From Felis catus (Eukaryota), in NCBI RefSeq assembly GCF_018350175.1, contig NC_058368.1, positions 43,216,001 to 43,280,000 on the forward strand: a stretch of DNA of 64,000 nt, in the 5' to 3' direction. The notes beneath the pieces were generated by a model, which was given only the letters and a program-made list of their open reading frames with translations, had not been told where the DNA came from and searched no databases. Numbering within the stretch: position 1 is the stretch's first letter; each line of letters starts with the position of its first letter. The position numbers and the translations under genes are program-made. Below, one piece after another: positions 1 through 11,414 of this stretch.

Positions 1-811
1 GATTGTAAGATTTTCTTTGAACAAGGGTAAAAAAACAAAATTTCATTTACTCTGTGGTTAAAATGAACAACTGTGATAGTCGATTTTTGGAAATATAAAT
101 TATTTAAGTTATAAATTGTGAAAAGAAATAAAGCTTTATATCTCATAATATAATAGCTTAGAGCAAGTTAATATATTGTATACATCTACATCTTAAACTA
201 GTAAATATATGTTAAAAATTATAATTTATCCATCGTGTAAAATAAGGTCTAGTTTTCCACAAGTAAATTTACAATACCAGTAGTGATATGAACGCTTGAT
301 TTTAGAAGACGGTACTGACAACACAGCAAAGTCCTTGCCGAGGCTAATTTATGGATACAAGGTAGGAGGTGTTAAACTATAAAGCATTTGGAGACTCACG
401 ATGCCATGGCAACTCATTTTTTGAAAAATTCACAATAGACCTAATAAAATACTATCTTCACAAGGAATTCAGTTGTCTGAAAATTAAGAGATCTTTAATT
501 TTAACACTTCTTAACTTTCCCATTGGACCCTGCTAATTTTTGCTTTTTTGTGTGTGTGAATAATTTCCTAACACCATAAAATAAGAAATGGTAATAATGG
601 CAATAAAATATCAATGCTAGATTTTTTTCAGTCATACCAAACAGTGCTATTTTAATATTTTAGAAATTATGTGTGATGTATTATATATTTTAGTTTTGCA
701 TAGCAGGAGCTTAAAATATTTCTCAAATTATAAAAGATTAAGTAAATTATTTAATTAATGAACAAATACCACTTACCAAAAATCAAATTAGGGGGGGCAC
801 TATACTACACT

Positions 812-957
812 GCTAATACCTGACATTTGTTGACTAATTTTCCTTAGCAGCTGGTGAGTGCTTTATATTAATTATCATACCCAGTCCTCAGAGCAACACT
901 CTAAAGTGGGTTTAATTGACCTCATTTTTGTTCTGATTAAAAAACTGAAAACAGAAC
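812..957 (-). mobile_element. MIR SINE fragment (ancient)
   Basis: Degenerate match to the reverse complement of the MIR 3' half (ACATTTGTTGA...GTGCTTTATA...TCCTCAGAGCAACACTCT...CCTCATTTT...AAACTGA). Confidence 0.55.
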
Positions 958-1149
958 CCAAAAAGACTAAATCATTCTCCACTATTACACAACCTATAAG
1001 AAATAAATTAGGGTGCAAATTCTATCTTTCCTTTTTCATGACTACTACATCCCAGCCTTTTCTGCTATAATACATTGCTTCTGAGTAAATGAAAAAAAAA
1101 ATGAATCAATCAGCATTCCTTTTTAAAAGTTTATTTATTTATTTGAATC

Positions 1150-1357
1150 TTTTTAATGTTTATTTATTTTTGAGAGAGACACAGAGCGCAATCAGAGGAA
1201 GGGCAGCGAGAGAGGGAGACACAGAATCTGAAGCAGGTTCCAGGCTCTGTCTGAGCTGTCAGCACAGAGCCTGATGCGGTGCTTGAACTCATGAACCATG
1301 AGATCACAACCTGAACTGAAGTCAGATGCTTAACTGACTGAGCCACCCAGGTGCCCC
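1150..1357 (-). mobile_element. CanSINE (feline SINEC type), apparently inserted in the tail of the adjacent SINE
   Basis: On - strand: GGGGCACCTGGGTGGCTCAGTCAGTTAAG head, CT-rich region, AATAAATAAACATTAAAAA tail. GTTTATTTATTT occurs on both sides (1129-1140, 1361-1372). Confidence 0.95.
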
Positions 1358-1373
1358 TTTGTTTATTTATTTT

Positions 1374-1425
<52 letters not shown>

Positions 1426-1556
1426 GGGAGAACACAAGCAGATCCTGTGCTGTTAGCAAGGAGGCCCACTTTACTCAAACTCAGGAACCTTGAGATCACG
1501 ACCTGAGCTGAAATCAAGAGTCAGACACTTAACCAACTGAGCCACTCAGGTGCCCC
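1358..1556 (-). mobile_element. CanSINE (older subfamily) with expanded (GA)n
   Basis: Head ends at TGCCCC (1556); contains GAGATCACGACCTGAGCTGAAATCAAGAGTCAGA; (GA)n at about 1379-1430. Confidence 0.93.
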
Positions 1557-1782
1557 AACCTTCTTCACTTTACCATGGAATCTAGAACACCTTTATTTTG
1601 TATGAGTTAATTACTCAACCTCTTATTTTAGTTAGTGTGGTATGTAGAATAATGCCCCTCCCCTCCAAAGATGTCTGTCTTAATTCTTAGAGTCTGTGAA
1701 TATGATCTGTTATGTTGAAAGGAGAATTATTGCAGATGGAGTTAAGATTACTAATCACCTGCATTTAAAATAGGGAGATTAT

Positions 1783-2010
1783 GTGGTGCCTGGGTGACTC
1801 AATTCGTTAAGTGTCTGACTTCGGCTCAGGTCATGATCTCCCAGTCCACGGGTTTGAGCCCTGGGTCAGGCTCTGTGCTGATAGCTCAGGGCCTAGAGCC
1901 TGTTTTGGATTCTGTGTGTCTCCCTCTCTCTCTGTTCCTCCTTCGCTCATAGTCTGTCTGTCTCTCTCTCTCAAAAATAAATAAATATTTTTTAAAAATT
2001 AAAATAAAAT
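1783..2010 (+). mobile_element. CanSINE inserted in MLT1D
   Basis: Typical head, body and A-tail. Perfect 15-bp TSD AAATAGGGAGATTAT (1768-1782, 2011-2025). Confidence 0.96.
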
Positions 2011-2187
2011 AAATAGGGAGATTATTTTAGATTATCCAGATATGACTAATATGGTCACAAATTTCCTTAGGAGTGGAAGAGCCAGATAGAATGTGAGAAG
2101 TAATGAAATATGATAAGAAATGATCCACTGTTGTTGGCTTTGAAGATGGAGGAAAGGCATCATGAATCAAGAAATGTGTGTGATCTT

Positions 2188-2400
2188 GAGGTACCTGGGT
2201 GGCTCAATCAGTTAAGCATCTGACTTCAGCTCAGGTCATGATCTCATGGTTCATGAGTTCAACAGCTCAGAGCCTGAAGACTACTTCAGATTCTGTGTCT
2301 CCTTCTCTCTCTGCCCCTCCCCGACTCAGGCGTGCGCAGGTGCTCTCTCTCTCTCAAAAATGAATAAACATTTAAAAATTTTCAAAAAAAAATTTAAAGA
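2188..2400 (+). mobile_element. CanSINE with ~25-bp internal deletion, inserted in MLT1D
   Basis: GAGTTC is joined directly to AACAGCTCAGAGCC. Degenerate TSD AAGAAATGTGTGTGATCT / AAGAAGTGTGTGTGACCT. Confidence 0.93.
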
Positions 2401-4384
2401 AAGAAGTGTGTGTGACCTCTACAAGTTGGAAAAGATCAGGAAATGGACTCTACCCTACAATCTCCAGAAGGAACATAGCCCTGCTGACACCTAGATTTTT
2501 AACTCAATGAGACCCACATCGGAATTCTGACCTATCAAGAAAATGTATTTGTGTTGTTTTAAACCATTAAATAATTTGTTACAACAGCAACAGAAGATTA
2601 ATACAGTTAAGCTTTGTAGATATTAGTTGTTTTGCTTTGATAAAGTATAGGGTTATTTCTAAAATAAGTAAAAACATGTTCTGTTTGTTTTGCTTATTGT
2701 CTTAGGGAAGTTGGCATATATTTTAAGTGGGTGATTATAAAGCCTAAAAAAAAAACAGATGGAGTTCTGACCCAAATATGCTTGGACATCTCAGGAAAAT
2801 TGATTCTAGGGAAAAAATGATTATATTCAATGAAAGTAATGCCATTGAATGATAAGTCCTAAAGTTTCAGATTTGTCAAAGTATGGTTTCCAAAATTTAA
2901 AAGCATGACTTTTATAAGAATATAGAATAAACATATGTCAAATATTTTTTCAATTCATTCATAAGAATTTGAAAGCATTTGGAGGGAAATGAATAATATG
3001 CTTTTAGAAACAAATATTGGAGTCCGATTACTAGGTTACATATAAAATTGTTGGTAATCTACAAAACAATAAAACTGAGACTTTAGGATTACCTTTTTGA
3101 TGGGACAGAAATTATTAAAAGTGAAAGGTACACTCATTATTTTTTTTTCTTTCTAAATTTGGAGTTTCATCTTGGGAAGGCAAAGTCAAGGGAGTTACCT
3201 ACAGAGATTTGGTCACTTGATTAAACATGATTGTAATCACTGAGAAAAAATAGTTTGATTACTTTTTAATCAAAGTGGCAATATATTTTAAATAAACACA
3301 GAAAGTAACACAATTTAAGAAATCTTAGCTCTTTCACAATCAAGGGCATGGCAAAGTCAGCAGAAGGTAAGTAATCATTCTTGTGAGACATGAAGTCTTC
3401 TCTCTGAAAAGATTGTGCACATCATAGCAAATGTATCGTTACTAACACTTGTTAAGGTAGAACTAACGACTGAGATTACTTTTCTCAGAAAGAAAACCAA
3501 ATTATTATTTGGTTTATTAAAGAATTTGCAAGCTTCCTCTTGCTTTTTAAGTTGTTTTATGAATAAGAACATAAAACTTTGTCAAAAAAAACCACACACA
3601 CATTTATGCTGCTTTTAGACTTATTTTCAGTTACTATAAAGCAAGGCAAATAATTTACTTTCTGAAAACTATAATTTTCTGTATCTACTTAAATATTGTC
3701 TTTCTGTGTCCTCTTTTACATTCTAAAACAGTCAGATGCTTTAGGACAAAACTAGGCTCATTTTTTAACTGATAACCAAAACTCACTCATTCCATTCTAT
3801 TCATAAAAAGTTGTACTTTTCTGCCATTTCCTTTCTAGTGTACTTTTAACATATGTTAACTAAATTTTTAATCAAATTTTATCTCAAACTCAAACATGTC
3901 CATTTTTAACTGTTACCACATAAATAGAAACATGTAGTGTTATTAAATAAAATAATTAAAATTATGAAACAATACCCCTTACTTCTTTATGTAGATAATC
4001 CCCCAGAATTTATTATGCAACAGCATCTTTAACATATATATTTTGTTGTGATCATGGTGGTGATTGGTATTTGTTCTCTGCTATAGTCCAAATTAATTTC
4101 TTAATGATAATTCAAAAAACCATGCTACTCTGATAAGTTACTTAAGGTTTTCCTTCTTCAATATTGTTTTAATTTTAGTTAAGTATTTTAGCAGTCAATA
4201 ATGCCTTGGTAAAAGGACTGTCCCTGCCATGCTCTTTGTGCTTTTGATACAAGCATGTTCGCTCTCTTATCAAACTTGATCCTCGCTCATTTTTTTCCTT
4301 GACTTAGGTAACTTCTGTCTGTATTAATCTCAGTGTTTATTTTTTAAGTCTCTTATTTGTTAACATAACATATTGAGGGAAAAA

Positions 4385-4596
4385 ATGGACTCTGAAACCA
4401 TGTGCATGAGTTTCACTCTTGTCTTTATCATGTGATTTAAATTTCCACTTATCAGTCTTCTCACGAGTAAAAAGGGCATAATAATATAATCTACCTGGCA
4501 GGGATGCTGTCAAAATTTAAAAAATAAATAAATACATGTAATGCATGTGTTACAGTGTCTGATATTTAGGAAGAACTTTATGGTTAGCTATTCTTT
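4385..4596 (+). mobile_element. MIR SINE
   Basis: TGGACTCTGAAACCA...CAGTCTTCTCACGAGTAAAAAGGGCATAATAAT...CTACCT...TACATGTAA...ACAGTGTCTGATAT...GTTAGCTATT follows the MIR consensus in order. Confidence 0.65.
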
Positions 4597-4640
4597 ATCC
4601 TACATCTTAAAGGCAGCATAAAATTGAGATATCCTAAAAC

Positions 4641-4670
4641 ATGGAAAATAACCATATGGAAAATAACCAT
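4641..4670. repeat. Perfect 15-bp tandem duplication
   Basis: ATGGAAAATAACCAT x2. Confidence 0.9.
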
Positions 4671-4796
4671 CTGAGAGAAGTTTTAAATACGGTTCTGTCT
4701 GTATTACACCCTCAGTTTTCAAAAAGGCAAGTTACTGAAGAAAACAATTCACAAGATTAGTTAAGAGAATGTCAGAGGGTTTAAATCTATATGTAT

Positions 4797-5015
4797 GGGG
4801 TGCCTGGGTGGCCCATTTGGTTGTGTCCAACTTTGGCTCAGCTCATGATCTCACAGTTCATGGGTTCAAGCCCCAAACTGGGCTCTGTGCTGACAGCTCA
4901 GAGCCTGGAGCCTGCTTCAGATTCTGTGTCTCCCTCTCTCTTTGCCTGTCCCCTGCTCATGCTCTGGCTCTCTCTCTCTCAAAAATAAATAAGCATTAAA
5001 AAATAAAAACTAAAA
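4797..5015 (+). mobile_element. CanSINE
   Basis: GGGGTGCCTGGGTGGC head, GACAGCTCAGAGCCTGGAGCCTGCTTCAGATTCTGTGTCTCCC body, A-rich tail. Confidence 0.95.
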
Positions 5016-6199
5016 AATATATGTCTGTATGTATCTATGTTGGGGGAGAATTAACAGAGACTTATGAGAGTAGGACAAAAATTGGTGAGCAATTGAGTCA
5101 AAGTTAAAAACAGGAATAAGAACTCAGGCAATAGCTAATGGCTAAACTTCAAGCAAAATTATCTGTGCATTTTTTTTCAGAAGCAGTAAGAAAGAGGGTA
5201 AAAGCATGAGATGTTTTATCAAACATTACCGAAAGAGAAACAAAATGAGTCCATGGATCTACTGAAAGGATAAAAACAAAAGGCAAGGACCTCAACACAT
5301 ATCTGAACTCAAGTGTCAAAAATTTCCCAGATGTTGTACCCCAGCACCCTGATGTTATGTTCTTTGGGACTTATGATATATTTAATCTCCTTAATCCTCC
5401 ACTTTCTATGGACACCTCCATCCATTTCTGTGATCAAAAAGATACTCAAATTTCTCCAAGGATTCCATGTTCACTCTTCATAGGACACAACACTTCTCTA
5501 CTAAAAAATAAGGGGTGGTTGGCTGCTATAAATTTTTGGATATTAATAATTATTATCAGTGATTTCTAATCTTATACTTTCAAAAGTATTCATTTATGCT
5601 ACTCTCTCTTAATTGATCTCTTTAACCAGCTACCACTATAATGCAAAGCCCTGCATCAAAACTTTTTGTTATTGTTTTCTTTTCCAACTTTGCTCATAGA
5701 CTTGTTTTCTCACTGTTCACTGTACCCAAAATGGCTTTGTAATTCCTTGAACTCCTTAATTGAAGTAACTTTTACATCTTCCACATTTTACTTACATGGC
5801 TACACAAGGAGTGTCTAGTTTACCTCTTCAATAAAAATATGGCTCTTCTAAAATGCAGTGCACATCTGATGTCTGCTGAGTTCAAAGCAAAAGCATGCAG
5901 ACTTGAAATTTTGTTGTAACTCTATAGGTTTTCTAGGAAAACAACACAGCATGCCTTTGTTTTACATCAGTAATGCACACATAAAATTCTTATCTTCTCT
6001 CTTCCAAGCTCTTATTTAAAAGGAGTATATAATGAATCTCTTTAAAGCAAAAAATTCTTATCTATTAATAACACGTTAAAATTATTTTTAAAAACTACAG
6101 AGAAAATAGGTGCTTTTTAATAGCTAGTCATCTCTTTCTTGGGAATGTATTATTTATTTCATTTTATTTTATTTTCTGTCTTACTGATATTCTCCATGT

Positions 6200-6370
6200 A
6201 TGACCATCATCTCTTGAGGCTTCAATTATTGCAATAGTTTTTAATGAATCTGACTTCAATTCCTCTATTTTATAATATACTTTGAGCACTAAAACTTCTT
6301 TAACTTCTTAAAATAACTACAATCATGTAATTTTCTTGCTAAATACCTATAAAAATTCATAATATCTTAT
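6200..6370 (+). mobile_element. L2 LINE fragment
   Basis: CCATCATCTCT...TATTGCAATAG...ATCATGTAATTTTCTTGCTAAATACCT resembles the L2 3' region. Confidence 0.45.
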
Positions 6371-6377
6371 GTTTATA

Positions 6378-6857
6378 TCATTTATTCACTCAATAAACAT
6401 TTGATGCTTATTATGGTCTATTTCCTACTCTTGGTTACATGGAAACAATAATATATAAACCATAAAATTTCTTTACTACTATAAACTTTAAATTTTAATT
6501 TTAAAATGTAGAGAGTAAGGTGATGTAGAGTGATAGTGTAAAAGTTATTCTGCAATGGTGGCCAGGAAAAGGCCTTTTAAGCTCCTAACATCCTAGTCAG
6601 TTTCTCTAAAAAAGTCAGCTAAGAAAATGACTGGAAGCAAAATATTCTAGACAAAGTGTAAAAAAAACAGTGTGAAGATTCCAGGACAAAAACTAACTTT
6701 GAGGCTCTGGAAAGCAGAGATGATCTGTTCTGCCACAAAGAATAAGGAAGATACTGGTAAAAGATGAGTTGGGAAAGGAAGACAGGACCGGACAGTGTCA
6801 TGAGGTCATGAAAAAGGCTTTGTATTTCATTTTAAGTGCAGTGTGATACTTTTGGAA
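6378..6857 (-). mobile_element. L2 LINE 3' fragment
   Basis: Begins with the L2 terminal motif TCATTTATTCACTCAATAAACATTT. Later GGTGGCCAGGAAAAGGCCT and GGCTTTGTATTTCATTTTAAGTGCAGTG are L2-like. Confidence 0.6.
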
Positions 6858-6859
6858 TT

Positions 6860-7125
6860 AAGATTATTATGATTGCAAGTTAAAGAAGTGCAGTTTAAAC
6901 AACTATTAAGAAAAAAAAAACAGGAAATTTAATGAAATAATATGCAAGGCTAGCCAGTGGAGTTGGGTCTCAGGAACAGGATCAAAGATTAGAGATCTGC
7001 TATGAAGAGATGATGTCCTCTCTCTCCATTTTGCTTCTTTCAATGTGTCTGCTTCATCGTTCTTTCTTTGGAACATTTTGGTTTTTGCTCATTGTTGAAT
7101 ACGGCCATCCAAAGTTCACAATGCC
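6860..7125 (-). mobile_element. Old MLT1 (J/K-like) MaLR LTR fragment
   Basis: GATTGCAAGT..AGAA...TTAAG-A(n)-GGAAATTTA...GATGATGTC..TCTCTCTCCAT...GCTTCAT resembles old MLT1 LTRs in reverse orientation. Confidence 0.45.
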
Positions 7126-7569
7126 ATAGTTATAATACTGGATTTTCCTCTACTTCCTGCCTCTTTGTCTCTCCATCTCTTTCTCTATTGTTTTTAAAAT
7201 TTGTAAAAAGACGTACTACTGTATTGCACATCCAGCAATTCCTGAAAATGAGGTAGATTTTTAAAAAGCCCCCATATAAAGCTACAACTTTTTATTAAAC
7301 AAGTAGTTTACCCACAACATTTAAGGTATTCCACGATCTTTTCCCAAATCATTCCTGTGTGAGCCTTCCATGCAATTTTTAATGGGTCACTCAGAGTATC
7401 TTCAAGGAAACCTGTACTCTACATCTCTACCAAGATCAAATTCATTAGATCTTGTATTATTGTTTTCTTTAGGGATTACTTAAAGTGTAAGTCTCCTTGA
7501 TAATCAATTGTTATCTACATATTACTTAGTACTGTTATTAACCTGAGAACACTTGCCAATATTTAGCTC

Positions 7570-8420
7570 TATGCAAACTGCCAGTTGTGTCCTCTGAATT
7601 CCTCCTCACTGATTAAAAAACTCTAAGATATCCTCACACAATTCACACACTTCTCTTAACCCCTTTGTTTAACATGATATTTGGCTACTCTTTGATGATG
7701 TTTTTTCCCCAGTGACACACATAAGCAGGAGACATTTACTTCTCTGACACCATATACTTCGGGAAAAGAGGCCTCTTTCTTAGGAATATTTATGGTTCAC
7801 AATCTTCCTATATACTTCTATCATCATCCTTGGTGAATTCAACATCTAGGTTAATGATCTCCTCAAAACATATTTGCATCCATCTTCCTCTTCAACCTTA
7901 GTAATGTCTAAATGACTATTACTATTAGCCATTAAATTGGTTTCTCTACTGCCTTATTTTCTCTTTAGTCCTTCATTCTTCACAGATCATCTTGAGTATT
8001 CCTTTTATATCCCAAACAGATCATATGAATGCCTCTCTTGAAATTTTTACAGGATTATGCTTAATATTACTTACAATAATATTTAATTGTGTGCCTTATT
8101 TTAAACAAGCCTTGCAAGGCCTTGCAATTCCAAACTCTCAAATTCACCTGCTGACTCTTAGTGTGCTCTCCATTCTCTTGACTTTTTTCTTGTCTTAAAT
8201 CCATCTGACATTCTCTGGATTGTGTCATGTTTTCTTCCTGTTTAAAGGTCTTTACAATATTTTTTCTCTCTTTCTCATGCTCTCTCTGAAATACAGAATA
8301 TAGTTTCCCAATTTTCCCAATATATTGATAGCAATATAGTTATCATTCTCATCCTTCAACTTAAATATGAACACTTAAGAAAGAACTTCACTCATCACCC
8401 TAATAACACCTTGTTAATTT
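7570..8420 (+). mobile_element. L2 LINE fragments (endonuclease-region relic plus 3' region)
   Basis: CATCATCCTTGGTGAATTCAACATC (ILG-D/E-FN endonuclease motif relic), followed by pyrimidine-rich L2-like 3' sequence. Confidence 0.55.
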
Positions 8421-10223
8421 ATTGTTTTGTTCTGTTGTAAACTGCTATAAGACAGAGGCACTATATTACTATTTTTCATAAATAACTATATCCTTTAATA
8501 CTAAGAGGGAATGAAAGATATATATATATACACATAGGATATCTCTATCTCCTAACTTCATATGCTACAATGAAAATAAGCCCCAAATCAAATTGTCATT
8601 TACCTATTATCAGTTAGCAAAACCCAAACAAATAAAATCCGAAACAATTTAGCATTCACTTGCAAGACTCTGTGTCATTTTTGTTACTTCCATCAACTCA
8701 TTGCATAGAAGGTGCAACAGAATCAAATTAAACAGTATACTATTTGTGATGGTCAATTAACCATACAATCAAAGGTAACTATCAATAATCCTCTAGTCAG
8801 TGGCAAATGCAGTACTATTTCAGGTTTAAATGTTAAGCGTCACCTCAAAGAATATAAATAATGGGCTCATCAAATCCTAATATACTCTTTGGGTAAGGAT
8901 AGATGGATCTACACAACACTTCTAACTGAAAGGCTTAATTTAAACACCACTTCACTAACAACAATTAATTTCTAACATTGATTATGTCCATCAAAAAAAT
9001 ACATTGTGTTGATCAGAAATAAGTATAGCTGAATGAAAAGATTGTTGTGGCTTCTTCCGGAGTGTTTTAAAGATACTATTTAATAAACATGTAGAATGTA
9101 ATTCTGATCAGGATATGGGTGTATATTATAAACATGAATGTGTAAGTATGCGTGTGCATATTGTGTGTATAGATACACATACAGAAACCCTTAATATCAA
9201 TATGACACGGCATACCCTGATAGACAGACACCTACCTAGTATAGAATTGACATTTGAATAATATTTGGGAGTGAATGTAGACATGAATTATTTCTGTCTC
9301 TTTCATTGTACTGCCTTCTAGAATTTCTCTTACAATCTAAATTTTATTGTACAAGTCTCATTTCAAATTCTACTGGATTCAGAAAGTTTTTCTGGCTTCT
9401 ACATTTAGAATTTTCTTTAGTGTTCGGCTACACACTATGACATTAATTTACCACATGATATTTTTATTTCTTTGTTGTGTTACTGTGTTTGGGTGCATGG
9501 CAATTATTTAAACAACTATCAGTATTAGGAGATTGTTGATACCAATGTTGTCTTTTACCCTTCTTTACCTTTATAGTCACAGTGAGGTTCCCATCTCCAC
9601 TTAGTGCTTCAAGATCTTTTACAATCACAGGGATATAAATTTTATTTTTTAAATTTAATTACTGATATTTCATCTTCATTTCCCTCTTGTGATTTTTTTC
9701 CATTACAACTTCTAATATAAGAATAGATGAATATATGTATCTTAATTAAATATATCTCTAAATAAATTTCATCTAGTGGAGTTTTAACTTACAGTATCCA
9801 AATAATTATAAAGTGCCCCCAAATATTATTATAGGTGCTCCTGACTTGACATTTATACTAGGGTGGTATTAGTGTCAGAAAAATTATTCATAGTTCATAA
9901 GTAGGAAAACAGAATGCTAAGTGTCTTGTCAGCAGAGTGCTGGGATTGAAGTGTTAATTGTCTATTACACAACTCTATAAGGAAAGAGGTTAACTTGTAG
10001 ATTATTGGCCAGTAGAGATGGAAGTGTTTTTCATCCATTGGGACGAATAATAATAAGGATTCTAATTTATGACCCTGTTGGACAATAACCAGTTTTGTAT
10101 ATAATCCAAAAATCTTTTCCTAATATTCTTTGTTAAACTAAGTTGTCAAATGTTCTTTGGACTAGTTTTCACACCTTATTGGTTCCTTCATTTATTGAAC
10201 TAAATAAAATAACTAACATATCT

Positions 10224-10228
10224 TTATT

Positions 10229-10267
<39 letters not shown>

Positions 10268-10349
10268 TTTTAATATATGAAATTTATTGTCAAATTGATT
10301 TCCATACAACACCCAGTGCTCATCCCAAAAGATGCCCTCTTCAATACCC
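10224..10349 (-). mobile_element. Extremely 5'-truncated feline L1 3' end with (TTTA)n tail
   Basis: ATGAAATTTATTGTCAAATTGATTTCCATACAACACCCAGTGCTCATCCCAA is the characteristic cat L1 terminus. The tail has converted to (TTTA)n. Confidence 0.9.
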
Positions 10350-10732
10350 ATATTTGATGCATTTAAATGAAAGTCACAATATTACTTTTTGAAAACTGTA
10401 TTATGAAATTAGGACACTTTTAATGGAATCATAGTTGATACTAGTGTTTTATCAAAGTTTATAATCATTTTATAAGATAAAATACAGACAGCAGAAACCT
10501 AATTTAACAATGGTGTTAAGATACTTTCTCATGCAAGTTGTAAGAATAAGAGAAAGAAAATCCTGCTATTTGAAAAGCTCCAGCAGTATGAGACAGGTTC
10601 TAAGAAGAGTGTGTAATTCATCTCAGGGAGTAAAGAGCTCATTGTTTGGGAAAGCTTTGTTAAAATCTTTTGATTAAACAAAGATAGACAAAGTGTACCT
10701 CTTTTACTGGAGGAGTTTCAGGTGTGTCTCTT

Positions 10733-10800
10733 TAATTTTCCAAACTTTTAAATGCAGAAATTCAACTTGGTATTTTTGTAATATGCAGATTCCTGGGTTT
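10733..10800 (+). mobile_element. Probable MER5-type hAT-Charlie element, left part (right part probably ~12245-12335)
   Basis: TTTTCCAAACTT...TTGTAATATGCAGATTCCTGGG matches the MER5 core. The distal piece has CTGCAT...AGGTGA...TTTGGAAA. Confidence 0.45.
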
Positions 10801-11385
10801 TGTATTGGAAGGACCTACAGCTCTCCTGCCGTGTTCCTCCTTTACTTTCACATAGAACGTTTCACTTCAGTGACTTCTATTTTTTTTCTTCCGCAAGAAG
10901 TTCCACAGGCAATTCTCTGCAATACCACCTGGGTGCCCTATGATTTAATTCAATTCTGACATTATCCACCTGGAGATGAGGGCTCAGTCCCATGAAACTG
11001 CTCCCCACTACAGATGCTGATCGTAAGTAATAGGTCTTAAGGTTACCTACAACTTTTGTCTTGACTTTGCTACAAATTGAAGGTTCCCATGACCTCCTCC
11101 CCTTTGAATTTGACTAATTGTTAGAGTGGCTCACAGAATTCAGGTAAACACTTACCTATGATTAGAAGTTTATTAAAGGATATGATAAAGGGTACTAATT
11201 AATAGCCAGATGAAGAAATATGTAGGTTGAGGTCTGAAACAGTCCAAAGCACTGGAGCTTCTGTCCCCATACAGTTGAGGTGCATCACTCTCTCAGTACA
11301 TGGATATGTTCACACACCTGGAAGCTCTTTGAGCCTCAACTATTAGAATTTTGTGATGATCTCCTCATGTAGGCATGATCATTTT
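10801..11385 (-). mobile_element. MER21-like LTR
   Basis: CTGGGTGCCCTATGATTTAATTCAATTCTGACATTATCCACCTGGAGAT, GGGCTCAGTCCCA, GGCTCACAGAATTCAGG and AGCCAGATGAAGA match MER21 reversed. The TG at 10801 is the LTR terminus. Confidence 0.85.
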
Positions 11386-11414
11386 TTTTCAGGAAGTAAC
11401 CAAATGGTCATATA

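Larger units (their letters stand above)
1636..2605 (+). mobile_element. MLT1D-type ERVL-MaLR solo LTR, interrupted by two SINEs
   Basis: Starts TGTGGTA..AGAATAATG and ends ..TAATACA. Internal GGCTTTGAAGATGGAGGAA and CTCCAGAAGGAACATAGCCCTGCTGACACC. 5-bp TSD GTTAG/GTTAA (1631-1635, 2606-2610). Confidence 0.88.

Noticed and set aside
3348..3366. MAKSAE is identical to the N-terminus of the small GTPase RERG
   Set aside because: Only six residues match. RERG continues VKLAIFGRAGVGKS, which I cannot find in the window, and the unspliced frame stops after two more codons. Treated as coincidence.
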